From assembly GCF_001194135.2 (NCBI RefSeq), contig NC_068993.1, positions 29,069,441 to 29,116,026 of the forward strand: a stretch of 46,586 nt of DNA. Reading direction: 5' to 3'. Below, piece by piece: positions 34,400-46,524 of this stretch. The notes under the pieces were generated by a model. That model saw only the letters and a program-made list of their open reading frames with translations. It made no database searches and was not told where the DNA came from. The position numbers were made by a program, and so were the translations under genes. This stretch comes from Octopus bimaculoides. Lineage: Eukaryota. Position 1 is the first letter of the stretch; each line of letters starts with the position of its first letter.

Positions 34400-37300
34400 T
34401 GCCCATATCCAGACAGCGTAGATGGAGCAAGCAAATTAATGCTGTGGTCATGTAGTGCTACGACCTGAGCAGCCCAGTAGATGAAAGTGGTGCTCAAATT
34501 AGGAGTTACCGACAAAGTATGTATGATCATTAGAGGATTTTTCAACTCACTGAACAGAGACTATATGATCAAGCTAGAGCAATAAGGAAAAATTGTTGGT
34601 TCATAGAAGTAAAGCTTGAAGCTATCAAAAGATGGGTCATGGAATATAGCAGCAGAGATAACAGTGAAAATACAGCTCTTACTAATAAGAGTAATCCCAT
34701 AGCATAGGAAAGGAGTAGGGTAGTCTCCTTGATGAAAGACATATAGACGATCTAAAAGAAGACAGTAAGACTAATGGTGACATGGTAGATGAACAAAAGG
34801 CAATCTACAACAGAATAAAGGCAAGACTACAGGAGAACGATAGTGACATTATTTGCAACCTTAAAAAGGTTGATTGATGGAAATTGAACCAAGAAATGTT
34901 AAATGAAATTCTGAAATACATCAGAACAAGCAACATCACAGAAACAAATAATTTGATCAAGGCAGCAAGTATTGTTGTAGCAGAAAATGTGGGTGTTGAT
35001 GTCAAGGAAAAGAAACATAATGGGAGTGACAAAAGAAATTATCCATGGTGGAAAAGAAGAATCTAGGCAGGGCTAGAGATGCTCTCGAAGGAAATCTCTG
35101 TGTTAGACCAAAAAGAGAAAGGGGAATTTCAAAGCGAACAAAAATACAGGGCGCTGAAAAGGAAGTATAATATTGAAAGAAAGGGCCTGAAAGTAGTAGT
35201 GGAAGAACTGAAACAATGCTCCGTTGCAAAGAAAACAAAGATCGTAAGGTATGACTGAAGAATGAAGGGTTACCACCAGACTAGGTTATTCAGAGTAGAT
35301 CAGAAGAAATTCTATAAAGAAATAAATGGAGAGTGTACAGATAAAACGTTGATACCAGATAACATTGAAAGTCAAAGGTTTTGGAGTGACATCTGGAGCA
35401 AAAACAAGGAGCACAAGAAGGATGCTGAATGGTTGCAAGAACTGAAACAAACAGTAGTCTGTCCAAAACAGGCAGAACTAGTCATTTCAGTTAAGGAAGT
35501 GAAGGAAATCAGCAAAAAAATGAGCAACTGGAAGGCCCTGGGACCAGATGGAGTTCAAGGCTACTGGATCAAAAGATTTGGTGAATGTCATGCATGAATA
35601 GCTGCACAACTCAACACCTTCTTAAATGCTGACCAATTAACACCAGAATGGTTGACATTAGGTAGGACAGTGCTGTGCCTGAAAAACTTCGAAAAGGCAA
35701 TACAGTAGACAATTAAAGGCTGATATCCTGTTTGCCACTTATGTGGAAGTTATTAACTGGAATACTTGCAGAGTCAATGTATGAACACCTGGAAAAAAAT
35801 GGAGTCCTGCCACATGAGCAGAAGGGTTGCAAGTGTAAGTGCAGAGGTAGCAAGGATCAACTCCTGATAGACAAAACTGTACTTAGAAATTGCAAGAGGA
35901 GGAAAAGTAACTTAGTCATGTCATGGATCGACTATCGTAAGGCGTACAATATGATCCCACATTCTTGGAATATGGAGTGTATGAACCTATTTGGTATTGC
36001 ATCGAATGTTGAGCGATTGCTTGGAAAAGTATGGCGAATTGGAGGATGGACCTGACAGCATACAGAAGAAATTTAGGGACAGTAGAAATTAGGAGGGGTG
36101 TCTACCAAGGGGACTGCCTGTCCCCACTGATCTTTGTACTGTACTTGATACCACTAACACTGATTCTGAGGAAAGTAAAAGCTGAGTATGTATTCAAAAG
36201 CCGCCAACAAAAAGTCAAACATTTGTTATTCACGGATGTCCTCAAACTTTATGGTAAAGATGAAGCCCAAGTCAGTTCTCTCATTGATATGGTGTATACC
36301 TTCAGAGCTGATATCAGAATGAAGTTCAGACTGAGAAAGTGTAGCGTGTTAGTCTTGAAGAGAGGCAAAATCAAATGTATGGACGGGCTAATGATACCAT
36401 CGGGGGAGGTTATGAAACAGATAGAAGAGACAGGCTATATGTAGTTGGAGATTTTGGAAATGGATAAATTGATGGAGAAAGAAATAACAGAAAAATTTAA
36501 GGTGGAGTACTTGCGCAGACTGAGACTGCTCCTTAAGTCGAAATTAAATGGACAGAATAAGATTGAAGCAACCAACACCTGGGCAGTTTCACTCCTTAGA
36601 TATGGAGCAGGTGTAATCACATGGACAGTAGATGAACTAAACAGCTTAGACAGAAAGACAAGGAAGTTGCTAACTAGATATGGGTCACTCCACCCAAAAA
36701 CGTGACACAGACAGACTGTATGTACCAAGAAAAAGAGAGGGAAGAGGACTTATTGGATGTGAACACAGCATTAGAGCAGAAGAAAACAACTTAGCATGGT
36801 ATGTAAAAAATGCCACAGGACCGCTATTATTAAAAGTAAGAAGGTCAGGCTTGTGTAGGATAAAAGATTGCAAAGATAAAGCACTATACAACAAATTGAA
36901 AGCGAATGAAACTGAAAATAAGTGGGTAAAGAAAAGAATGCATGGTCAATTTCATAGGGATGTTGAAGATAAGACAGACAGAGAAAAAAGATGGCTGTGG
37001 ATGACTAAAAGTGATTTAAAACCGGAAACAGAGGCTCTAATCTGTGCTGCCCAAGACCAAGCACTAAGAATAAACTACATAAAATACAGAATAGACAACA
37101 CAGCAGAAAGTGATAAGTGCAGAATCTGTGGACAAAACGGTGAAACTGGATGGCATAATACCAGTCAATGTACGCCACCAACCCAGAAGGAATATAAGAG
37201 ATGCCACGACAATATAGTCAGGCTTGTCCATTGGACACTCTACAACAAGTATGAACTTGACAGTGCAAAAAATTGGTATGACCACAAACCTGAAGGCATC

Positions 37301-37775
37301 GTCGAAAATAGAAATGCAAAAATCCTATGGGATTTTATGATTCAGTGTGACCATGAGATAGAGAATAGGAAGCCGGACATAGTCTTAATTGAGAAAGAAA
37401 ACAAACTATGCTAGATCATAGATATAGAATGCCCAGCTGACAACAAGGTATGCAATGAGGAAGAAAGAAAAGTCAGGAGGTATGACAGGTTAGCTTGGGA
37501 AGTTAAGCAGTTGTGATCGATGAAAAAGGTAGCAGTAGTACCAATAATTGTCAGAGCCCTGAGAACAGTGAGCAAAAATCTCGAGAAATACGTGAAACAA
37601 ATAGGAGCTGCAATAAGTGTGGTACACTTGCAAAAAACAGCACTGCTTAGAACCGCTTGAATACTCCGGAAGGTGCTCGAAAAATATGAGGTGTTACCTT
37701 AGTTCACTGATAGTGAACAGCTGACACTGTAGTACATCTCCAGTGTTAGAAGCTGTACAAAGGCAATAATAATAT
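34400..37775 (+). mobile_element. Near full-length R4/Dong-type non-LTR retrotransposon (copy d, different subfamily), defective
   Basis: [114 protein letters not shown] and PIIV.AL. A short TAA tail is present at about 37766-37775. Confidence 0.92.
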
Positions 37776-38039
37776 TGATGATATTTTAAAAACTGATTGA
37801 CATAACTCCTCACAAAGATAAATAGACAATATGAAGAGTGTGCAATGCAATTGCAATAGTTATTTTATTGGTTTGAACAATATTTCAACAGCTTGCCTCT
37901 CTTGGTGAAGTTCAAAATGAAAAGTGACACACAAAATTTCATGTCAATTATTAGCATACAAAACTATATCATTACACCTAATATGAAATCAAATGGAACA
38001 GAAATTGAAGAAACTGAAAAGTAGTAGCCAAACAGAAAA

Positions 38040-38670
38040 GATCCTGGATCTGTTTCATCTAACTTCTTCTTTATGTTGGATGAAATAGAAAATAAACTGA
38101 AGCAGGTTAAATTCGTAGCTGTTCTTATAGATGAAACATTTGATGTATTGAACTATTCACAACTGTCAACTGTTTTATGTTATGTTACAAAAGATTGTGT
38201 TATTAACAAGCAATTTTTTGGTTTTCATGATCTTAATGCAAATTGTTCAGTAAATGCTTAATCTAAACTGTTTTTAAATGCATTGAAATTTGGAATTGTG
38301 AAAAATTAATTGCACAAACCTATTACGATACTGCTACAATGGCAGGACAATTATATAGACTGCAGTCAAAGGTAAGAGAGAAATATGAATGTACGATTTT
38401 TGTTCAGTGTTGTGCTCATGTCCTAAATTTAGTTTCCATAAGCATGCTCTGCTACAAGAGAATACAAAATATTTTTTTTTACAATAAATGAGCTAGGTAC
38501 ATTTTTTAAGAAATCACTCAAAAGGGCTAATTCATTAGATAACATTGTTAAAAAATGATTTCCAAAGCAACAGCAACCAGATGGAACTAGTCCTCATGTC
38601 TTATTATTACTATGAAAGGAAATTATAATTTCCTAATCAGCCTTTTTGAAGACATCATTGAAAAGCGCCA
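38040..38670 (+). mobile_element. hAT-superfamily transposase remnant
   Basis: FVAVLIDETFDVLNYSQLSTVLCYV...FFGF and QTYDTATMAGQLYRLQSKVREKY..IFVQCCAHVLNL match the hAT DE.TD, YDGA..MSG and HC.AH.LNL motifs. Confidence 0.8.
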
Positions 38671-38991
38671 ATACATGAAATTCTCAGAGCTTGAGTCACT
38701 CTGTTACCTCTGCCAAATATTAATAAATATATATATATATACATAAAGTAAAGACTATTTGCCAACATAATGTGGCTGCCCTGGATGGGATGATTGTTAC
38801 TGTCATTTAGCCCCAAGAAACATTTCCAGCTGGCTACACGACACAATATCTGCGGACCGGTTTTTGGGTTGTTGCAATTTATCAGCAAAGAGTAGCTGCT
38901 TGGCTAGGTAGTGTTGCTGAATTCTCATTCGAAAATATATAATTTTCAAAGTGACACACAGTCACTGATCTAATAAATAGAAACATTATTA

Positions 38992-39233
38992 TTTCTAAAT
39001 CTCTCAAAGAGAGACATTCAGTAACAGTTCTTTAAAGTAAAGACAATTTGCCAACATAATGTGGCTGTCCTGGATTGGACGATTGTTATCGTTGTTTAGC
39101 CACAGGAAGCATCATTTCCAGCTGGCTATATGACAGTAACAATTGTCCCATCTAGGCCAACCACATTATGTTGGCAAATAGTCTTTACTCTAAAGAACTC
39201 CTGCTGAATATCTCTCTTTGAGAGATTTAGAAA
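38992..39233. mobile_element. MITE-like foldback element, ~100-bp arms, possible TA TSD
   Basis: The left arm TTTCTAAATCTCTCAAAGAGAGACATTCAG....AGTTCTTTAAAGTAAAGACAATTTGCCAACATAATGTGG is mirrored at the right end, with TA on both flanks. A partial second copy lies at 38745-38835. Confidence 0.7.
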
Positions 39234-39239
39234 TACTGC

Positions 39240-41737
39240 TTATATACCAAAGAACTGAGGTATTTCAGAAGGACCAAAGAACTGAGGTATTTCAGATTGC
39301 AAGACAGTGTGTGAGAGAAAATTGTGATGTCATAGGGGAGAAATGTGTCTGCATTGATGATGGTGCACTTGCTTTTAATGATTCGGAAAAGAAAGAGGCT
39401 TGGAGAAGCCATTATGAAAGACTGCTGAATGTGGAAAATGAATGGGAGGAGGAGAGCCTGCCAAATGTTGATCCAGTAGAGGGACCAGCTATCCAAATAG
39501 ACAGCTCCCTGGTAGATAAAACAATTAAGGGTATGAAGCCAGGAAAAGCCCCTGGTCCATCAGGAATCACAGCTGAGATGCTTAAATCATCTGGTGGTGT
39601 GAGCTATGGCCTAGTCACCCGCATTGTAAACCAGGTAGTTCATGATGGAGTCATACCCAATGACTGGAATAGCAGCACCATGGTCAACTGCTACAAGGGT
39701 AAAGGTAATGTTCTAGATAGAAATAACTACAGGAGTATCAAACTGCTGGATCAGGTGATGAAGGTCATGGAGAGGGTCATAGCCCATCTCATTAGGGAGA
39801 GAGTCTGCTTAAATGAGATGCAGTTTGGTATTGTGCCGGGTAGAAGCACCATTGATGCCATATTCCTGGTTCGACAACTGCAGGAGAAATACCTAGCTAA
39901 AGATAAACCCCTATACTTAGCTTTTGTGGACTTGGAGAAAGCCTTTGACAGGCTCCTCCGATCTCTTATCTCGTGGGCGATGCAGAAACGGAGATTGACG
40001 AATGGTTAATAAGGGCTGTACAGGCCCTATATAGAGAGGCCGTTAGTAAGGTTAGGATTGGCAATGAGCATAGTGAAGAATTCCGGGTAGGAGTCCATCA
40101 AGGTTCAGCCCTCAGTCCCCTGTTATTCATCATAGTCCTCCAGGCAATAACAGAGGAATTCAAAACAGGTTGCCCCTGGGAGCTCCTCTATGCTGATGAC
40201 TTCGCCCTCATAGCAGAATCCCTACTGGAACTAGAAAAGAAATTCCGGGTGTGGAGGCAAGGTTTAGAATCAAAAGGCCTTAGAGTCAATGTAGCAAAGA
40301 CCAAAGTTCTAGTAAGTGGGAAGGTGAACTCATCACACACACCCTCAAGTAGGTGGCCCTGCTTGATCTGTAGAAAAGGTGTAGGTAGAAACTCCATGAG
40401 ATGTACCCAGTGTAAGCTATGGACACATAAGAGGTGTAGCAACATCAAAGGAAGATTAACAGGGAAGATAGCTTTCATGTGCGGCAGATACACAGGTGTA
40501 ATAAATACCACAGATGCTCAGAAAACAGATTCCATCACACTCCAGGGAGAGAAACTAGAATTTGATAGCTTCCACTACTTAGGTGACCAAGTTAGTAGTG
40601 GGGGTGGATGCTTAGAGAGCGTTACCACTAGAATAAGAATAGCTTAGGCAAAGTTTAGAAAGCTTCTACCCCTACTGGTGATAAAGGACCTCTCACTCAG
40701 AGTGAAAGGTAGATTGTACGATGCATGTGTGCGAACTGCCATGCTTCACGACAGTGAAACATGGGCTGCAACTGCGGAGGACATGCGTAGGCTCGAAAGA
40801 AATGAAGCTAGCATAATCCGCTGGATGTGTAATGTCAGTGTGCACACACAACAAAGTGTAAGCACCCTGAGGGAAATGTTGGACATAAGAAGCATCAGAC
40901 GTGGCATGCAAAAGAGACGTTTGCACTGGTATGGTCTTGTATTATGGATGGATGAGGAGAGATGTGTGAAGAAGTGCCACTCCCAAACAGTTGAAGGAAT
41001 CCAGGGTAGAGGTAGACCCAGGAAGACATGGGATGAGGTGGTCAAGCCTGACGTTTGAACATTGGGCCTCAGAGAGGCAATGACGATAGACCGAAACCTC
41101 TGGAGATACGCTGTGACTGCAAAGACCAAACAAATAAAGTGAGTTCACGGCTGTATCCTACACCAGTTTCGCATAACAAGCCCCAGCCCATTCAAAAGTA
41201 TTTGGATCATAAGATGACCTGTTGTGCTTACCTTGGATCTTAGGGCGACCTGCTGTGCTTGAGGAGACCTATTGAGTCAAGTACATCAACATCAAAATAA
41301 AAATAAAATGGAAATTGTAGTTGTGATACCCATGCCGGNNNNNNNNNNTGTGCTTGAGGAGACCTATTGAGTCAAGTACATCAACATCAAAATAAAAATA
41401 AAATGGAAATTGTAGTTGTGATACCCATGCCGGTGGCACATAAAAAGCACCATCCGAACGTGGCCAATGCCAGTGTCGCCTTGACTGGCTTCCGTGCAGG
41501 TGGCACATAAAAAGCACCAATCATGGCTGCTGCCAGCCTCCTCTGGCACTTGTGCCAGTTGCATGTAAAAAGCACCCACTACACTCACAGAGTGGTTGGC
41601 GTTAGGAAGGGCATCCAGCTGTGGAAACACTGCCAGATCAGACTGGAGCCTGGTGCAGCCTCCTGGCTTCCCAGACCCTGGTCGAACCGTCCAACCCATG
41701 CTAGCATGGAAAACGGACATTAAACGATGATGATGAT
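39240..41737 (+). mobile_element. 5'-truncated RTE LINE with RT (YADD), PHD-like finger, 3' UTR and (GAT)n tail
   Basis: KAPGPSGI, NYRSIKLL, QFG..PGRSTIDAIF, AFVDLEKAFD, GVHQGSALSP, LLYADD, CLICRKGVG.NSMRCTQCKLWTHKRC, YLG and RGRPRKTW. It carries a frameshift and stops. Confidence 0.95.
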
Positions 41738-41991
41738 ATATATATATATATATATATATATAAGCATATATATATATAGTATATTCTAAAGACAGTATGC
41801 ATCTTTGTAACCCCCTTTTCCCACCCTCAATCCCCCACCACTACCATTTCATTTGAAATGTACATGAACTTTTTCCCCTGGTAACTCATTATGTACTCCA
41901 CACAAGCTGTATTTATTCTTTTATATATGTCACTCCTGCCACCACATACTTGTATGCATGTGTGTATGAGAGCTGTGGACATCTATATGAG

Positions 41992-42920
41992 ATCATCATT
42001 ATCATCATCGTTTAACGTCCATTTTCCATGCTTGCATGGGTGGGGTGGTTTCACAAGAGCTGGCCAGGGAGAAGCCTGCATCAGACTTCTGTAACTGTTT
42101 TGGCAAGATTCTTACAGCTGGATGCCCTGCCTAACACGAACCACTCAGCAGAGTGGACTCAGTACTTTTTACAAGGCACAAGCACAGCTGAGGTCAGATT
42201 TGGCAAGGTTTTTACAGCTGGATGCTCTTCCGAACACCAACCACTTTACAGTCCTTTTAAATGGCACCTGCACTCACAGGGTCACCAAGTACAAAAAAAA
42301 TTACTTTCAAGACGGTAGAGGGCATTGGAGGAGGTGATCTTATGTCAGATGATGTCTTGCTATTGAGGAAGTACTAGTTTACCCAGCCAGAGAGAGAGAT
42401 CAGGAATGAAGACAGAAACAAGTGTGCCACTGCAAAGGAAATACATGGTTACCCAACCTGAAGGAAGTGCAGGAGAAGGAGAGAGAGAGAGAAGGAGATA
42501 GCAGGACAGAGATGGTTGCAAAATGCAGGGCATACTCATAAGGAACGGGGAGCAGAATATAAATGGGATGGTTAGAGTAAAGGAAGAGAGAGATGTAGAT
42601 GGTGGCAAGTGCCAGGGCATACCCTTGAGGTGTGAATGCCATAATATAAGTGGCAGAACATTGTGAAGGAAGTGCAATTAAAGAGTGTGAGTGAATGGCA
42701 AAAAGCCTGGGTATGTATGGAGTCGGGGTGGGGGCTACCAGATAGCAATGATATAGAGGAACAGGTCCTTGAAGACAGGATTGGGGAGTGAGAGCTAGGT
42801 ATGGTGTATAAAGGAGGAAATATGAGAAAGAGATGTGGAGATGTAGATTGGTTTATTGGGGTAGGGTGAGTGAAAAGTTTTTTTGTTACATGTGGGTGGA
42901 ACACACAGGTTGGGGACTAG
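41992..42920 (-). mobile_element. Long 3' UTR of an older RTE family with (CAT)n tail on the plus strand
   Basis: CATCATCGTTTAACGTCCATTTTCCATGC..., two ACAGCTGGATGC blocks, GGGTCACCAAGTA and a GA-rich body. Confidence 0.75.
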
Positions 42921-42924
42921 CAGA

Positions 42925-45172
42925 TAGCAATAAGGGTATGAAGAAAGGGAAAGCTCCTGGATCATCAGGAAACACTGCAGGGATTCTCTGATAGAGAAGG
43001 AAACAGCCTAGTCACTCATGTAGCTAATTTGATTATCCAGGAAAATATCTCCAATGACTGGAGTAGTAGCATTATAGTCAGCTGCTACAAGGGTAAAGGA
43101 GATGCCTTTACAACCTGCTGAACCATGTTGTGAAAGTTACAGAGAGAGTTTTAGGCCAATTAATTAAGAATAGAATTAAAGTAGATGAGATGCAATTTGA
43201 CTAGTGAGACGACTGCAGGAGAAGTATCTAACAAAAAGTAAACCATTGTACTTGGCATTCATGAACCTGGAGAAAGGTTTTGACGGAGTCCCTTGGTCTG
43301 TTATCTAGTGGGCTCTAAGGAAGTTAGGAGTAGACAAATGATTTGTTAGAGCTATACAAGCCATGTATAGGAGAGCTGTCAGTAGGGTAGGAATCGACCA
43401 TGTGTACAGTGATGAATTTAGAGTAAAAGTAGGTCTTCTCTCTTATTCATGATAGTCCTCCGGGCCATAACAAAGCAATTTAAAACTGGCTACCCATGAG
43501 AACTACTATATGCTGATGACTTTACTCTTATACCAGAATCTGTAGCAAAATTGGGAAAGAAATTCTATGTATGGCAGCAAAACCTGGAATCAAAGAGCCT
43601 TAAAGTTAATCTAGTAAAGACCAAAGTTATTAGCAAGAAAGCTGATATGACTCTCTTTCTGTTAGGTAAATGGCCCAGCTCGATATGTAGGAAAGGTCCA
43701 AGCAATGAACATATAAGAGGTACAGTGGAATCACAGGTAAGTTAACAGAGTAAGTTGTCTTTGTATGTGACAGATATGCAAGAACAATAAGCACTAAGAA
43801 AATACGGGAATTAGACTATCTCAAATGCCCAGATGCTTCCCTTGAGGATGTAGATAGCTTCTGCAGTGAAGGAGGATGTTCCGGAAGTACTACTGATAGA
43901 ATAAGAATAGGATGGAGGAAGTTCAGGGAGCTATTACCTCTGTTGGCAACAACAGGCTTCTCAGAGTAAAAGGCAGATTGTATAATGCTTGTGTACAAAT
44001 GGTTATGCTCCTTGGTAGTGAGATGTGGGCCCTGAATGCAGAGAACATGCAGAGATTAGAGAGGAATGAATTAATATGCTTTGATGGATGTGCAACATCA
44101 ATGTGCATGTATGACAAAGTGCAGATGTGCTGAGAGAAAAGTTGGGCATGAGAAGAATCAGATGTAACATGCAAGAGAAAATACTATGATGATTTGGACA
44201 CGTGATGATATGAATGAAGACAATTATATAAAGAAGTACTGAGTGCTTAAAGTGGATGGCACTTGTGGGAGATGGAGACCCAGGAAAACATGAAATGAAG
44301 TAGTGAAGGCTGATCTCTCTTCAAAAGAGATGACAATGGACCGAGATGCTTGGCGATATGAGGTTCTTGAGAAGACTCACCCACCTCAGCAAAACTGGGT
44401 TCTGGAAGTGCAGTGTTCCACCCACACACAACATTAATTCACTGCTACCCCAATGAACAAACTATATTTCTTCTTCATGTACTATATTTGTTTCTGTCCA
44501 TCCTCCACTCCCAGTTCAATGCTGTTCTGTTGTCTTTCTCCCCTATCCCCCTTCTACTTACAGTATCACTGTCATCCAGTTGCTCTCCTATATATACCCA
44601 TATATATTCTCACAGTATTCCATATTCCTATATATATATATATATATATACCATATATATTCTCACAGTATTCTCCTTCCCCTCCCCTCCCCTCTTTGTA
44701 CTCTTGTAAATTCCCTGCTCACACATCCTGTCCAATTCTTTACCGATCAATTTACATTCATCTCCTTCTACCTTGAAGTACAAGGTGATGAATGTAAATC
44801 ACCACCATTTCTTTCTTCCTCCTCCCTATTGACTGGAATAACCATGTATCTCCTTTACAGTAAGATACCTGTTTTTGTCCTTGTATAATAGTTTAATCTT
44901 TTATCATCTGGCATATGACCACCACCCTTAATACTAGTTGTCCTCTCGGTTGAGGTATCTTTATGTTGTAAGTTACTTGGTTACCTCGCTGGTGCAACAT
45001 AAAAAACAACCAGTACACTTTGCAAAGTGGTTGGCATCAAGAAGGGCATTCAGCTGTAGAAACCATGTCAAAGCAGATAGTATAGCTTTGTGCAGTTCTC
45101 TGGCTTTTCAGCACCTGTCAAATCATAAAACCCATGCTATCATGGAAGACACATTTTAGATGATCATGATGA
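42925..45172 (+). mobile_element. Older RTE family copy: decayed RT plus long 3' UTR and tail
   Basis: KGKAPGSSG, CYKGKGDAL, LQEKYL, NLEKGFD, LLYADDF, RVKGRLYNACV and PRKT remnants. A pyrimidine-rich UTR ends CCCATGCTATCATGGAA..GATGAT. Confidence 0.85.
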
Positions 45173-45174
45173 TT

Positions 45175-45383
45175 CGTGGCTGTGTGGTAAGTAGCTTGCT
45201 TACCAACCACATGGTTTCAGGTTCAGTCCCACTGCAAGGCACCTTGGGCAAGCATTTACTACTATAACCTTGGGCCGACCAAAGCCTTGTGAGTGGATTT
45301 GGTAGATGGAAAATGAAAGAAGCCTGTCGTATATATATATGTGTATGTGTGTGTATATATATATGTATGTAAGTATGTATGTA
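45175..45383 (+). mobile_element. tRNA-derived SINE followed by a TA/TG microsatellite
   Basis: CGTGGCTGTGTGGTAAG..GGTTCAGTCCC..GGCACCTTGGGCAAG..GGGCCGACCAAAGCCTTGTGAGTGGATTTGGTAG. Confidence 0.85.
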
Positions 45384-46010
45384 NNNNNNNNNNNNNNNNN
45401 NNNNNNNNNNNNNNNNNNNNNNNNNNNNNNNNNNNNNNNNNNNNNNNNNNNNNNNNNNNNNNNNNNNNNNNNNNNNNNNNNNNNNNNNNNNNNNNNNNNN
45501 NNNNNNNNNNNNNNNNNNNNNNNNNNNNNNNNNNNNNNNNNNNNNNNNNNNNNNNNNNNNNNNNNNNNNNNNNNNNNNNNNNNNNNNNNNNNNNNNNNNN
45601 NNNNNNNNNNNNNNNNNNNNNNNNNNNNNNNNNNNNNNNNNNNNNNNNNNNNNNNNNNNNNNNNNNNNNNNNNNNNNNNNNNNNNNNNNNNNNNNNNNNN
45701 NNNNNNNNNNNNNNNNNNNNNNNNNNNNNNNNNNNNNNNNNNNNNNNNNNNNNNNNNNNNNNNNNNNNNNNNNNNNNNNNNNNNNNNNNNNNNNNNNNNN
45801 NNNNNNNNNNNNNNNNNNNNNNNNNNNNNNNNNNNNNNNNNNNNNNNNNNNNNNNNNNNNNNNNNNNNNNNNNNNNNNNNNNNNNNNNNNNNNNNNNNNN
45901 NNNNNNNNNNNNNNNNNNNNNNNNNNNNNNNNNNNNNNNNNNNNNNNNNNNNNNNNNNNNNNNNNNNNNNNNNNNNNNNNNNNNNNNNNNNNNNNNNNNN
46001 NNNNNNNNNN

Positions 46011-46160
46011 GGCGTTAGAAAGGGCATCCAGCTGTAGAAACTCTGCCAAATCAGATTGGAGCCTGGTGTAGCCATCTGGTTTCACCAGTTCTCAGTCAAA
46101 TCGTCCAACCCATGCTAGCATGGAAAGTGGACGTTAAACGATGATGATGATGATGATGAT
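46011..46160 (+). mobile_element. RTE-type 3' tail
   Basis: GGCGTTAG.AAGGGCATCCAGCTGTAGAAACTCTGCC...CCAACCCATGCTAGCATGGAAAG.GGACGTTAAAC(GAT)n, nearly identical to 8840-8997. Confidence 0.9.
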
Positions 46161-46473
46161 ATATATATATATAGTTGAAAAATATTGTTATAGGTATAAA
46201 AATACCATAAACAATTATAGAAAAATGGAGGAGAAAAAGATGTTGAATCAAAATTAGATTTAATACAAAATAAGATTCAATACATACATATATATATTGA
46301 ATCCTATTTTGTATTAACGGTAGTTTTCAACTACTATTTTCATATTCTTATTATTTGCTCTGGCTGCTTTTTATGAATATGATGAATCTGTATTAGAAAT
46401 CATTCTGTCTCTCTTTTTGAACCTCTCAAAAAGTTTGAATTGTTTTGAACTTATTTTTTGAACTTATTTTTTC

Positions 46474-46524
<51 letters not shown>

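Noticed and set aside
33952-34545. 197-aa minus-strand ORF with poly-Ile/Ser/Gly
   Set aside because: It is an antisense reading of trinucleotide repeats and a LINE 5' region.
41254-41433. Identical 85-bp direct repeat (41254-41338 and 41349-41433)
   Set aside because: The copies are separated only by a 10-N gap. This is most likely an unmerged contig overlap rather than biology.
45156-46085. Long ORFs containing X runs (also at 711-1216, 14027-14473, 30806-31277)
   Set aside because: They are artefacts of N gaps lacking stop codons.
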